A stretch of DNA of 64,000 nucleotides from Fistulifera solaris. Lineage: Eukaryota. The stretch is from assembly GCA_030295235.1 (NCBI GenBank), contig AP026149.1, positions 124,001-188,000 of the forward strand. The letters are read 5' to 3'. How positions within the stretch are numbered: position 1 is the first letter of the stretch; the number at the start of each line of letters is the position of its first letter. Made by a program: the position numbers and the translations under genes. Below the pieces are notes generated by a model, which had not been told where the DNA came from, ran no database searches, and saw nothing but the letters and a program-made list of their open reading frames with translations. Shown in pieces: positions 37,501-51,305 of the stretch.

Positions 37501-39393
37501 TAGGAAAACTGATTCAAGCACGGGTCCCGTTGCACATGCCCGAAAAACTCGATGCCATTTTTCATTCATGGTTTTACTTCTGGAAGAAAGAGAATTTTTT
37601 AGACATTCACTCAACAGGTGTGTCTCTACACAAACTGCTCCCAACAGATAAACACAGTCAGGGGGAACACGATCGACAAACCCACTCTAAGGTGGTATTA
37701 TCGTTTTTTCATTGGCTGTTTCCATCAGCCTCTTGACTCTATTGAGCAATACTTTGGAGAGAAGGTAGCTTTCTATTTCGCCTGGCTTCAGCACACAGCG
37801 TCGCACTTGATATGGCTATCAATCATCGGATTCATCTTATTTCTCTTCCAGATAGGTAGTGGTAACTGGGATCATCCGCTGAGACCATTTTTTGCTATGG
37901 TTGTCATGCTGTGGACCTTTACGGTGCTAACTAACTGGCGAAAACGGGCAAACTACTTGGCATTTACATGGGGGACGATGGATTACAAGGAACAGGAAGT
38001 TGCTCGTCCTCAATTTTATGGTGACTACATCCGTGACGAGATTACTGGCGAGTGGGTTGTAACATATCCAAAATGGAAACGTTGGCTGAAGTACATGATT
38101 TCCTTCCCATTGACAATTATCTTTACTTGCGGTACCCTCATTATCATTCTTTGGGTCCATTCGAATCGAGATCTGCAGCTTGCAGCATACCTCAACTCTA
38201 ACCCTGAAGGCATGGAGGTACATGGAATCGACGCCATTACCGAGAAAAAAGCAGGTGGTGGAGGTCGAACTAACGAAAGAGAACCTCTTGGATCCTTACT
38301 TCTGGTACCTTGTTGTCGGCATGCCGGCAATGCTTGGTCTGTGTTTCCCTTTGCTGAACTTCGTGTTGATGAAATTGTCAGTTTGCCTGAATGATTTCGA
38401 GAATTACAGAACCGAATCGGAGTATCGCTCTTTTTGATCATCAAAGTGTTTTCCTTCAGATTCGTTTGTTATTTCGGTACGCTGTATTATTATGCGTTCG
38501 TATCAGTGGGTGACAAGACATCAATCCAGAATGGCATTTTACGTGTTGCCTCAGGGGTTTTGGTTTATACCACAGTTGCGCAGTGGTGGCAAAACTTTGT
38601 GCACGTTTGCTTTCCCATGTTAATTCGTCATCTGCGTTGCAAACGTCGAGAGAACGTGCTTACAGCTGAATTGCGAGCCATTGAGGAGGAAGAAGAAGAA
38701 ATCAGCCGCTCTGCCTTCACAAAGGACAAAGAAGAAATTAGAAAGCGACAAACGATTCTTATTAATAAGCGCCTTCTGCTTGAACAGGCCCAGGATGATG
38801 TTTGGAGCGAGCTGCTTAATCCACAACATGACAGTTTTCCAGAGTATATTCAAGCGGTTGTCCAGTTCACGTATGTGTCATGTTTCAGTGTGGTCTTACC
38901 AATAACTCCACTGTTGTGTCTTTTTTAACTATCTCGTCAGCATGCGACTGGACGCATATAAGCTCTGTAAAGGGAGACGAAGACCTCTTGCTGAGAAGAC
39001 CGGCGGGATTGGGGTGTGGGAACACCTGCTGCATATTGTCGCTGTCATTTCGATCCTTACAAATTGCTGGCTCATGGGATTCACCAGCTCCCAGTTCACG
39101 TGGATTGCTGATTCAGCAAATTACGTTACTCTTTTGCGGTTGTCGTCGGTTGGGAACACATCATGCTTCTCATCAAATACATTGTGCAACAATCAGTTTC
39201 TCCTCTTCCTTCGTGCGTCAGAGATGCAATGAAACGCGAGCAGTTTGAGCTGGATCAACAACGGAACTCCAACATCATGGCACGTCGTATACAGCACCAA
39301 CGTGAAGATGAGCTTAAAGAAAGCCTGATTCGTAAGCGAACTAGCAACCAGAGCTCCACTAGCAGAGGTTCTTCAGATGCGAAAAGTTCATAG
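34514..39393 (+). CDS. Anoctamin/TMEM16 family channel or scramblase with long N-terminal extension; multiple frameshifts
   Basis: IEQYFGEKVAFYFAWL; LNDFENYRTESEY; FPEYIQAVVQFTYVSCFSVVLP; RLDAYKL..RRP..GIGVWEHLL. Confidence 0.92.
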
Positions 39394-39449
39394 GAAATGG
39401 GAGGCGGAGGACGTTGGTTTCAGGCCGCGTAGTGAATATAGGCTTTAGC

Positions 39450-42400
39450 TTAATCAATAGTACTATATCGCGCAATATTTGACGAAGAAAGTTCTCGCCG
39501 GCGGTAAAAAAGTACATATGCCATCTCTGTAGCAACGACATCTGGGGGAATCGGTTCGACAAGCTCATCGTCAAATTGAAGCCACGTCGGCTCGGCGGAT
39601 TCTGCGACAGCCTTCGCAGAAATCAGGGCAGCTTGTTTATTTTGGTTCAATTCAGCTTTAGGGCGACTAAGTCTCCAACCAGAAGGCACATCTAATTCAT
39701 CGGACTGGACATTGATCACTCCGACACCATTGAAAGAGTATCCAACCTCTTCCCTGCCGTCTTTTCCACAATTTGATACTTTGCAGGTTGCTATGTAGTG
39801 ACCTCCCGTCATGCTTCCATAATGATTTACAACCCCTATCAAATCGTAAATGCGAGAGTCTGGATGGAGATTTCGTAGAGCTGGGGAGGTACCATGACAC
39901 CATTCACTCATATCTAAGCCTGTTAGCGGAAAATTCACCTTCGTAGTAATTTTTTCGCGCCACCTTGCTGACATGTTGAAACGTTTTATATGAAAAGTCA
40001 AAAAATCAGGAAGTCGCCATAGATTCATATCTTGTTTTCCTTCCCGAAAGTCTTTGCATCGTGGGCAACGCCAGTTGTCTGACAAAGAAAGCTTTTGTTC
40101 CTTACAAAACTCTTTCAGGCACGATCCTAGCCCCACTCCTCCACTGTCGATGTGATCCTTTTTGCTTCATTTTCACTGTCATTCAGCGAGGCCTTCTTCA
40201 AAATTTCGGCCGATGTTTTATGAGTTTGTACCGGAGGTAAAACGTACGCGACGGACCGGGCAAAAGAGCTCTTCGGAGTGCACAGCTTATCTTTGTTATG
40301 TGGCCGCCAGCAAAGGACAACGACACTGCGTGCAGTCACAAAATTGGCAATTGTCCTGTTCAGCAAAAATGGGAACAATTCTTCCTCTGGAGAGCCTTGT
40401 GTTTTGTCTGCATTTACAGGATCCATGCTGCTGATCCTGATTTCAAAGGGCAAGAGTGCGAGGTAATCAGCTACTTTTCAACTCCAGCTCGCTAACGAGC
40501 TGTTCCAAAGGAATGGTTAGCTTGGTCAATTTCACAGTCTCAGTGTCGTCAGTGGTTAGCCCCAGTCCGAGCCGCACATATTTTCGGTCGTATTCCAATA
40601 AGATATCGATCAATTCAGATACTGTTCTTTGAATTTTGTCATAATATCGAGATTCATGGAGTGCCCGCTCGACGAACGGGTCAGCTGATGTCTGGGGCCC
40701 TTTGCGTTCCTCAGGGTCGACAGGAGGATAGTAAAGGAATCGCGATACCTGAGCAAGAATTTGTGCCCCAGCGCGAGCATTGGTCCACTCATTTCGGCAG
40801 GATGCGTAGAATGGTAAACCGAAATAAACGGACGTATTATCGTAGCGGTGGTACACGAGGAGGTCGGTAGGCTTCGTCTTCGGAGTAGCATGGGAGAAGA
40901 GAGACTGTATATTGCCTTCTTGAAAATCACGTATTGAGTAGGTCTCGTCCCACTTCGAAGAGAAATTATCGAAGTGGACGGACACCCTTCTCGTGTCCTT
41001 AACAACTTCGTCGCAACTTTCATTGCCCTCATTACAAGTTGCATCGTCAAAAACTTTTACTACGCTTCCAGAGAACCAGTTCCCTCTTTGGTCTTTTGCG
41101 TCAACCCTGAGGCCAATTGTAAAATCTTGAGCAGATTCGGGCCACATACGACGAGAAGCTTCTTTGACTAATACCAAAGGATCACTGTCGTAAACACGAC
41201 ATTCCGCGTCATCACCATAACTGTCTAAACATCTCAAAAATGATCGGAATGCGCGGCATTTGCTGTTGCTGTGTTCTCATTTAAAGTGCTATCACCAGAG
41301 AGCTCGGGTTTATCCGTCCATTGCCTGGGGCGCAAGGATGACTCAAAAGCAATAATCGGAGTGACGGAGGCAGCGCTTGCATCATTCTGTCCACGTTTTT
41401 TCATTAACTGACTACATGGTCCTTCTTTGTCGTTCAATGGGATCAAGCTAGCTCGATGTGATAATACCGACTCCGGTTGAAAGCCGTCGTTTTCGACCTC
41501 CTCCAGACGGAAAAGGTGGAGACGCGCTGATGCTATTCCACACAAATTTTGTAATTGCAAGCGGAGATCACCACTGTCTGCCAACCGCGACATTGTGATT
41601 GCGTACTGTTCAGCAACATACGTTTCCAAGGGAGGGCCGCTGCCTTTACGTGGGCCCGCCCTAAACGAATATCGCGTCGAACTTGAGCTTTCTCTGCGTG
41701 ACCTGTTCAGAACCCAGGGGCAAGTTGCTGGCGTTGCTCGACGGTAAAAAGTACATTGAAATATCACATCAGCAATCGTTGGAATCGGTATCGAAAGTAA
41801 GTTGAAAGGATCGAAGTTTCTGCTGGAGTATTGCAAGCAGGACAGGTTACTGTGTTCAAAACCTGTCCCATTGCTACGTCTGAAACGACGGATCTGTTCC
41901 TGCGGAGAAATCTGAAGATATTTTGACTGAGATCGAGGCTGACTGTCCAAAATTAGGAACATAATATACTAACCTTCGCCAAGACTCTTCGCCAACACGA
42001 TTTAGCTGGTGCTGTCTCACGTAGTCGTCACTCAGCGCCTCTACGTAGGGCTTTTTTCTCACCCGGTTGCTGTCTTCGTGCAATACGTCAAGCATATAGT
42101 TTAAGAATTCTTGTGCATCCTGTTGATCAGCCCCGGAAAACTGTGGATTGAACTTCCCGAGGTGAGCCTTAAACCTTATTGGGGATTTCTCGCCAAAGCG
42201 TGAACACCACATAATTTTCATTAGTTCGGCTGACTCTTCGAGAAACTTTCCTCCTGTACCTAACGGATTGTCTCTGTTTAGATCTCCAGTAGCCTTAAAC
42301 ATATTACTCAGAAGATACGCCCGGAGGAGAGGCATATAGCTAATACACTGTAACGCTGAATTCATGTAGCATGTATTGCCAAGGTTGGTTAGTCCACAGG

Positions 42401-45400
42401 CACCAAATCCTGGAAGACTACAAAGTTTTGCTGTCTCTCCTCCCTCAGAAATATTGCTGTTAGTCTTCTTGGTAACAATTGCTGATTTTGTTTTCTCCGC
42501 ACTGACAGATGAAGCTCCATTTGGTTTGGACAATGCTTGTTGATCGGTTTCATTTGTGAATCGGCCGGCGGGCCCAAGCCTGTCTGACTCGACATCTATC
42601 CAGTCTATGTGACCTCCGTGTTCAGAAAAGTCGACTTTTACTCTTTTACTGGCCACACGAAGATCCTCATCACGAGATGCAAATTGGTTCTCTTCGTCAG
42701 ACGTATCTTCATCAATGATATCGACTGCCAACACTGTAACCGGATACCAGCGACCGGTAGAATCCATTGCGTCGACTTTCAAACCAACAAGGTCAGGCGG
42801 TCGTATCATGGGATTGCCATCGACATCAAAACCCTGCAGCATTCTCCTAAACTCGATTTCTTCTTCTACCAGCCTTCTAGCGTGGCCTGCTTTAGCTGCT
42901 GCTTCACGAGGCCAGATTAGTTCAACATCTTTACTCTGGACCGCAAACTCCAAAATGAGACGATCATGGTTTACCACGCCGCCACTTTCGACAGTCGAAT
43001 CATCCGTGTATATTCGCCAATCATTGACGAACCAATCCATATTAGGATGATCAATGTTGCTTTCCAAGACAGCAAGATTGGGTATCGTGGCGTATCTATT
43101 TTTACAAAGTAAGTTCCATGGTCCGTACCGAGACATTGGGGTTTTTAATTCCATAACGTTTGCCCGTTTCCATAAACGAGCTCTTCCTCTTCCATCGACA
43201 CCGAACGCCTTGAACGAATCAAATGTAAATCTCCTAACAGCTTCGGCGAGCAGTCTCCATAAAGGCTCTTCGGGTGTCACCATGACACGAATTGAAGCAA
43301 GCCCTACGTCACCCCTACGGTAGGGTTGAGCGGGATCGCAAAGCTGGACATTTACAACCCACGGATGAGAGGCGACAGAAATCCAGTCAGGCAAACGCGG
43401 CACGCGGTGAACTCTATCGGAACCCGACCGCCCTAAAGATCCACCATGTTCATGTCCATTTCCGTTGTGAATTGCTTCCTTCCTTTCTTTCTTCCCGCCG
43501 ACGTACCTGCTCGTATCCATTTCTTTTGCGGATAGCAGCCGAATGGCTCGTGGTAGTGGCGGACCGCCCCGTATAACTCATATAGCACATTCCAGACTCC
43601 AGGTGGTACAAGTATGTAATCTTCATTTATTTGCAGCAGATTTTTCATCATTTCGTAAGACCCCAGAGCTCCGGCGATGTACACCCCGTCGCCGTCAGTT
43701 TTTTCCACGAGTCGAGAATTGGACAAACTTCGAGGACGCCCTAGACGAGTTCTTCGAACAGGCCGCTCCCCAACCCAACTCCAGGCCACATACGCGCACC
43801 AGGTGTTCCACCAGTCTTGGTCAATACAGTATAAAATCCCGTGCCCTGTTCCACCGCCGCCATCAATTCCTCCTATGCCGCCCCATATCTGGCTGTAGAA
43901 GTCATCAAAAGGAGCTTGGGATTGTGTTCTTGACAAGCTCCTTTGAGCTTCAATAGCTGGTGTCTCGTCTATCATCGCATCGTGATTTGATCCGTAAATT
44001 TCACTTGCCAATGATTGCTGGCGGTGGTTCCATAGCGCCCATTCAGAAGCTACCCACCGCGCCTCGTCAGCGTGCGATGATAGAACTCCCGCAGCAAAAA
44101 AGTCTATGCATCACGAGTTCTAAGAGCGCGTCATCTACAGAATGCTCAAGCCACTCATCAAACTCTTGTATCGTAAAATGAGGCTTCGCTTCTGAATCTG
44201 CGGAATAACTAGCAATAGATTTCTTGAGTGTTGCGCACGATTTCAAGACATCTTCAGTGTACATATCAGGTACCATAACATTCATTCTGTCTTGCAACTT
44301 CGGAGGAAACGCTGACTCTACATCCGACAAAGCTGGTTCCTGCTCTGCCCTGGACGACTTTTCTGAGGGCTTTTCTACAATATCCAGGAGAAATGTATGG
44401 AGATTTTTCACAGCGATTTTCAACGGTCTTCGGGATTGGCTAGCGACAAAATTGTGCTTTCGTCGCGTCTTTGCAGTCGGTTGAACAGGCAAAAACGCAT
44501 TTCCGAAATAATGGTAGTGAATTAGAGAAGCCAGACTAATAACTGTATTGTTTCCAGTCTCCAGTAGCCACACAGGAGCACCACCGGCTGGGTGAAGCGT
44601 CAAAAACTCTGGAAGATCCGAAAGAAGTAGATAGAAAAGGAGATGCAGGCGCTGCGACCTGGTGCCCTCAATAGCCAAAGCAATGATTGCTGCTAAAGCC
44701 TGGAATGTAACACCCGGCGGAGGAACAGCTGGGTCCGTTATTTCCGGAACTACGCTCGGTCGAGGCATGACCCATCCTTTGTCCCTCTTGTTCACATCCA
44801 TTTCTAACCTAGCCGCTTCTGCTGCATGACCGGCGGCAAGTGTTACGCGCTCCCAGTCGCTGTTCGACAAGTGCAACAATATCAACTCCAGGTTTCTCAA
44901 CACCAAATCATTCCACACGTAACTGTCTGAATCAGAACTACCATTCAAGGTAGCCAAGTTGGGTGCATTCAGGTTCGAGGCGGAAAGATTCAAGTTCTGA
45001 TTGCTACTATTCCTTCGAGGAGGCGGCGTTGGCTTGTGCAATGTATGAAACGACGGACACCATGCCGCAACGGGGAGTACCCTCATCCAGATTGATGGGT
45101 GCAGTAGACGCATTTTGTCGGCCATTAACTTGGCATCGGAGGCAACTTGGCCGTTTTGGTTGCTCACGATTTTTGCCAGTACAGATCCACCCGAATTTGG
45201 CAGCACCGCAAAAGTCGCCCGCACTTTACGCTGCAACCATGTTATTTGCACAGCGCTTAGTCGATTAATAGTCTTATCGAGCAGCATATCGAGAACCGAC
45301 GGAACGTCGACAGGGTCGACTAAATGCGGCGAATGCGTTTCCCACAAACGCTTCCATTGCGATTCTAGCATCGATAGGCTCGTGTGCTGAGGCGGGGTCT

Positions 45401-45539
45401 GAGAATTCCCTTGAGACCTTTTTTCATTGTTTTGATTCAGCGTTTGTGCAACATTATCCGGCACAGCAGTCGGAGGATTGGCCCATGAATCCAATCTCGC
45501 ACGTGTTTGCGGGGGGATTGGGTGAGCCATTTCGAACAT
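39450..45539 (-). CDS. Ubiquitin-specific protease (C19) with DUSP-like and two Tudor/SH3-like domains; intron near 41894-41973 and several frameshifts
   Basis: Cys box GLTNLGNTCYMNSALQC; QQDAQEFL; WRCPRCK; His box YDLIGVVNHYGSMTGGHY; WLQFDD..AYVLFY; DUSP-like IDQDWWNTW..DYILVPPGVW. Confidence 0.93.
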
Positions 45540-46457
45540 TCGACGATCCTTTCGATTTGCGAGTCAGGGAAGAAACGGAAGCAGAATCCGGTACAGCATT
45601 TTTTGACTGACAAGTTCCCATTGTTCGGCAAATAAATGCTTGAAAATTGGTTGTTGTACCAAGATTCAGAAACTGCTATCGTGGGGTGAAGTCAGTGACA
45701 GAAGATGACGACAGCGCTGCAAACGATGTCTTCGCCCTCCCAGTGATGATCTCTTCGTCTCGCGTGAGAGAGCGCTTTCTTGCTTCAACGAAATCACAAA
45801 GTAACCACGGTTTGACTTTCCTCGTCAACGACTTTTGCTTATCCGAATGCCTTCATCGCTCCGAAAAAAGAGAGGCAAAGGCACATCTTCCCGACGTCCA
45901 AAAAGCGAAAGCATCGGCCGTCGGTTTTTGCGCGGTGGGAAAGTGCGTGTACCTTCGGCACGTGGCCAGAACAGTAGAAAACGCTATACCCAAAGAGACA
46001 AAACCATCGCGAGGACAGTAAGAAGCATTTGTAGGTGCATACGTGGCAGGCCTACAATAGGCACTAGAGTCTCCATTTTCTGCTTTCTGTTTTTGTTTCA
46101 GTTTAACGGCGGTGAACGCATTTTGTACTATGTAAGTACTTTGTACTTGCATACTAAACACTTAAAGTGTGAAGTGTAATCCGCAGTCACGTTTCGTAAT
46201 TCCAGACTCCAGACGTATTGACAAGATAAAAGAACTGCTCTAGACCTAACCTTAATTATTTCAGTGATTACTGTTTTTCTATGTAGCTTTCTAACTGCTT
46301 TCTACGTGTGTCATTTTTACGTCCTCACCGATCCTTGCGACGCTGCTCTGAGTTAGACGATGATCGATGATGTTGTGACGCAAACCTGGCATAATAAAGC
46401 TAAAAAACTCGTTACCGATCTCGCAATAACTTGTTTGAATACGACTAGAAGGAAAAA

Positions 46458-49093
46458 ATGGAGGCTGTCGATGAAAAGCTATCGACGGCGGAAGTCTGCA
46501 AGCGCATTCAAACCGCTCTCGACAACATGGGCCGCGCCTTGAAATGCCCCGTCTGTCTATCGACACTACGAGACAATCCTGTCGTCTTGTCGTCTTGCGT
46601 CCATGCATTCTGTCAAAGCTGCTTGACTCGCTCTTTTGAATCGTCGACGAAAGAAACTTGCTGTCCTATTTGCAAAGTTCCTTGTCATCGACGACGCAGC
46701 GTGTCGGAAGCACCTTTTCTCGGAAAGCTGGCGCATGCGTACCAGCGCACTCTCCGCCATTTTGGTTTGACACCCGTGAAATATACAACCTCCTTACCTT
46801 TGCTGACGCAACTCGGCCCCGAAGAAAATGATAGTCAACAGGAGGACGATGTAGCCATGGTGCATCGCCACTTTCAAGTCAGCAAGACGTTTGAACTGGC
46901 CATGCGTCAAGACAAACTGGCCTCACGCAATACCATACTGCAACAACATCAATCCGTCGTGGAAGCCAACGGTAAAGTTCTCCTTGAAACGATTGTAAAA
47001 CGTAGGAATGTCGACGTGAAGAAACCTACGGTTCACTTTCGAGTGAATCCAACAACTTTGGCGCACTCTGAGACCGCGATTGAACTAAGAATAGAGGACA
47101 AGGACGAACTGATTTCGACAGAGGAACACGTCAGCACAAACAACAGCGCTGACCGCAGCGTTAATTTATCTGAGTCGGCGCGTGCAATTTCGTCAGCCGA
47201 AGAAGCAAAGGAGGACGATGGCACGAACGCGTTTACAAGGCCTTGCTTGAAGACACCTTCATCAGGGAGGACAAAAGCTGACAATACGAAGCTCGGCTTC
47301 CAAAATATCAGTGCAATTTCCGTCACTGTCTCCAATTGCGCCAAACCAAAGTCCGATGCTGAAGCGAAACGTTGACGAAACGAACGAAATAGTCGATGAG
47401 AGTTCGAGTATGTTAGCGGAGGGAATCTCTGAGCAACAAATCATCAAAGTCTCTTCACAAGGGGCTTGTTTGGAAAGCGACAACGACGTACCCACTCCTA
47501 TTGAAGAATCTTCCCCACGGATAGAGGCAGTTGACGGGGAAAGTAAGACGCCTCTTCATAAACCGAAGACCGCGACGAAGACCTTGAATTACAAGGCAAA
47601 GGCACGCCTTCAGACACCCGAAACGGATAAATCATCGGATTCTATCTTCTCAGATTCCAAAGACCTCATCACCACATCTTTCAAAGTTGGAGATATAATT
47701 TCTGTTAAGCCCAGAACTTGGCCCGGTATCAACAAACAAGGCGGTATAGCGAAAGTTGCCAAAGTCAACGATGACAACTCATACGACGTGTCCTATGTTC
47801 TAGGTGGCAAAGAAAAAGGGTAGATGCTGTGTTCTGCTTGATCCATGATGATTCTTTACCTGATCGGAAAAAGGACACCATACCTGTTTGCTTGCTTCAA
47901 CAGCTTGCCTCGGAGGGGTTCGACATACAGGGCGATCAAGGAGTAGAGCAACCCATAATCGAGCCAGCAAGTGATAAACCGCGCACCGTGGCAGACAAAA
48001 AGCGCGAGCGCGTCGTGATAAAGCGTAAAACAGTTGCAGATAAAAAAGAACGGCAGAAACGACCCAAGCTAGAGAAGAGAAGTGAAGCCTCAAATTCACA
48101 GGCGCCTTCCCTTGACAGTTTACTGGGGTTGTCTTCACTTGAACTGACTTTTTTGGCGGATTCTCTTTATCGATGTCGTCTTGACGCGTCGATAAAGAGA
48201 AAAAGAAATAGTTGTACTATCTTCTGGTTTACCCGAGTACGATTCTGCGCAATTGAAGGAATTGGAAAAACGATCGAAGAAATGGGACGGTAAGTGATAT
48301 TGATATACCGAAGATATGCATTTCTTTTTGTTGCTAATACTTTCATTTAGTTGCAGTAAAGGTATCCAGTATCTTCAACGCGAAGCGAGTCACTCTCTGT
48401 CTTACACCTGCTGCTGTCGGCAGTAAAGGTGGCAGTGCGATTGCTCACCGTCGAACTATGAAAGGAATGCAATGCGCTGTTGCGGGCATTCCAATTGTGA
48501 GTTGCGAATGGATTCATCAATGCCTTTCGGCATCAAAAATTATACCTCCTTTATCGTCGATGTATATCCGGGCGCTTCCAGCAACTGGAAGCTCATCTAG
48601 AAATAATGGTGTTGCTTTGCTAGCCGCATACCAACAGCAGTTCCAAGAGGCACCCGCGCCCTTGCAAAAGTGCCACGTTTTCCTGTCAGGAATAAGTGTC
48701 GAAAAGCAGAAAGATACAATTGTGATTCTCCGAGAAGCAGGAGCTATTGTTGTTACAAGCACTCCAGCGCTCCTGAAGTTGCTAGGCAATGAACAAGAAA
48801 AAGCACCAGCTAAGATTGTTGTAGTTTGCGATGACGTCCTCCCACGGAATCTTGCGACGAGCCTCCCGTCGCTTCAACTCGCCGGTCACGTCTTAATCGT
48901 CAATTCATCATGGGTTTTCGACAGCATCTGCGCCGGGCAAAAACTTCCCTCGGTGGACTATCCCCCCTCACACCACTCTGCTAGACTATTTTGGGAGCGT
49001 CAAAGCGACTGGGGAGTGGCGAGCAACGAACAAGAGAGCAAAGGGCACAGGATGGACCACCTTGAGACCTTGAGCCTTGAGACCTTGACTTGA
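46458..49093 (+). CDS. BRCA1/BARD1-like protein: N-terminal RING, Tudor-like middle domain, C-terminal tandem BRCT; frameshifts and an intron near 48290-48349
   Basis: CPVC..CVHAFCQSC..CPIC RING; RTMKGMQCAVAGIPIVSCEWIHQCL and IVNSSWVFDSI BRCT signatures. Confidence 0.75.
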
Positions 49094-49370
49094 GACTCGT
49101 GTCATCGTCATCTTGGAGCGGAGCTTAGGACTTAAGATAAGGAGTGTCTGTCCGTCTAAACGTCTACACACTGTACCCTCTATACAGCGGAGCGGACAGG
49201 AGGAGCAAACGGAGTAGTAGTTCTGAAACCGGAGCGATTATTTTTCGTTCGGATTTTCTCACTGACTCACTTTTCGCCCTGCGTCGTAAATATTTTGTTG
49301 CCGCTGAAAGTCTGCAAAGAAGAAACATCAAATTGTTGTCAATTCTTTCTTTTTCTTGTTCTGCCTCGTG

Positions 49371-49391
49371 CCCCCCCCCCCCCCCCCCCCC
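49371..49391. repeat. Poly-C tract (C21)
   Basis: Read directly; intergenic. Confidence 0.85.
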
Positions 49392-49560
49392 TTTTTTTAT
49401 TTCCCCGTAGCCTTGCTGACTATTGACGCAGCTGCAGCTGTGTCTAAATCAATTTCCGTTGAGGGTAGAAGTGCGGCCCTGACGTAAACGAACATTTTCA
49501 TTTTCACAGAATTAACATCGAATTTCAAGCTTTTTATTGTAAAGTCGCATGCTTGACAAT

Positions 49561-50972
49561 ATGAGTGCAAACTACTGTAGTTATCCAAAAGGTTGGAAGA
49601 AAATTGCTTGGATCACGAATGTGTGCTTGCTCGTTTGCATCACACTGTCTTCGGGTGCTGCCTTTGTCACACGCAATTCGAACGACCCAGTTACAAAATA
49701 CCGATCACCAAAAATGCTCTTCACGCCGACAATACGTTCAAAGTTTCGGCCGAAACATTCGATGATTTGAATTCATTGTCACCAGAAGAACGAACGGTGG
49801 TATCGGTGGTTCGTTCTTGCGGACCGTCGGTTGGATATGTCACGTCGGTCCTACCCAGCAATCAAGCTCGCAACACATCACGCACCGTTTTAAATGGCGT
49901 TCCGAGCGGCTTCCCACTTGGATCGGGATCCTGTTTCATCGTCGACACGACATTCGCCGGAAATGCCACATACTTGGCAACCAATTATCACGTGATTGAA
50001 CAGGCCTACGAGTTGCAGACGATGGACGAATCGGGTCGTAGAATACGAAACGAGATAACCGGAAATCTTACCGCACTTTTACCCAAGAGCAATGAATTGT
50101 GCGAATTTATCAACACTACGGTTCTGTCTTCCCTGTTCCAACAATCTCGTGCTACCGTAATACCCGAAATTTACGTTCGCGTGAACAGCGCCACCCGGTT
50201 TCAGAAATGCCGAATTGTCGGCGTCGATCCAAAGTTTGATTTAGCAGTGCTTTGTTTGGAAGGAAACAGTTCCTCGGATTCGTTTCAGGCACTCAAATTT
50301 GGTTCGTCCACCGATCTGGTGGTCGGTCAAGGTCTCATTGCGATTGGCAACCCCTTCGGACTCGAGAGTACGGTGACGACGGGTGTCGTGTCGGCGTTGG
50401 GTCGAGAAGTCACGACCGCTCCCCGCCGGCGAGGATTGGTTTCGGTACCCAGTATTCCCTTGCGCAACTGCATTCAAACCGATTGTGCGATTAATCCGGG
50501 AAACTCGGGTGGTCCCTTACTCAATCGGCGGGGCCAAGTCGTGGGCATCAATTCCGCCATTCTCTCCACTTCCGGATCCAGTGCCGGTATTGGATTTGCT
50601 GTCCCCTCCGATGCCATCCAAGAAGAAATTCGTAACATTATTCGCCAGGATTCCCGTCGCTTTTCGCAACGCGGTATGGTCACATTGGGTGTTGCCATTG
50701 TGAAGCAGTCTGCGTGGTCGGACAAGAATTGGATTGCGAAGATTGCTCCGAATTCTCCGGCTGCCATCGCCGGAATGAAGCCATTGCAAATCAACTCAAC
50801 CAGTGGATGTATCGAAGCCGGTGAAGCGATTGTGGCGATCGGTAGTAAGCCTGTCTCGAACGTTCCGGAATTGCAAAAGGAATTATCGCGTTGTGTGCCG
50901 GGTGAACAACTATCGATCACCTTGGAAGATTTCATGACACAAGAAAGACGCGTTGTTTATTTGACGCTATAA
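49561..50972 (+). CDS. Plastid Deg/HtrA serine protease with PDZ domain (Deg1/Deg8-like); frameshift in the N-terminal part
   Basis: Catalytic triad contexts ATNYHV, DLAVL and INPGNSGGPL; AIGNPFGL; PDZ PNSPAAIAG; presequence ending SSGAA-F. Confidence 0.9.
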
Positions 50973-51305
50973 TAATATGTAACAGCCTTAGAATGAGAAA
51001 ATTTTGGTTCTTTGTATGGACTCTTCCTAGACTCGAGACCGTCTCGAGCTACAAGGTTACCAAAATGAATGATACTCCGGTACCGGTACCGGTACTCCGT
51101 AATAACAACCAACGTCAATCACGAGTAAGATTTGTCGCGAGAGAGTGACATCAGAAAGTGCGTTTTTTCGCGACCACGAAAACTTTTGCACTTTTTGCTC
51201 TTTCCTCCTTGAAAACGCCTCATCTTTGAAGTACAACGCAGCCTTTTTATTCTTACCAAGTCAGACCGATTTCAATTTCGAAGGAAATACAAACCGATAG
51301 TAACA

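Noticed and set aside
49059..49097. Short CCTTGAGA-type repeats at the end of the BRCA1-like ORF
   Set aside because: Degenerate microsatellite-like slippage with no evident function.
49371..49398. C21 tract as a functional G4/i-motif element
   Set aside because: Homopolymer length is unreliable in this assembly and nothing else supports a function.
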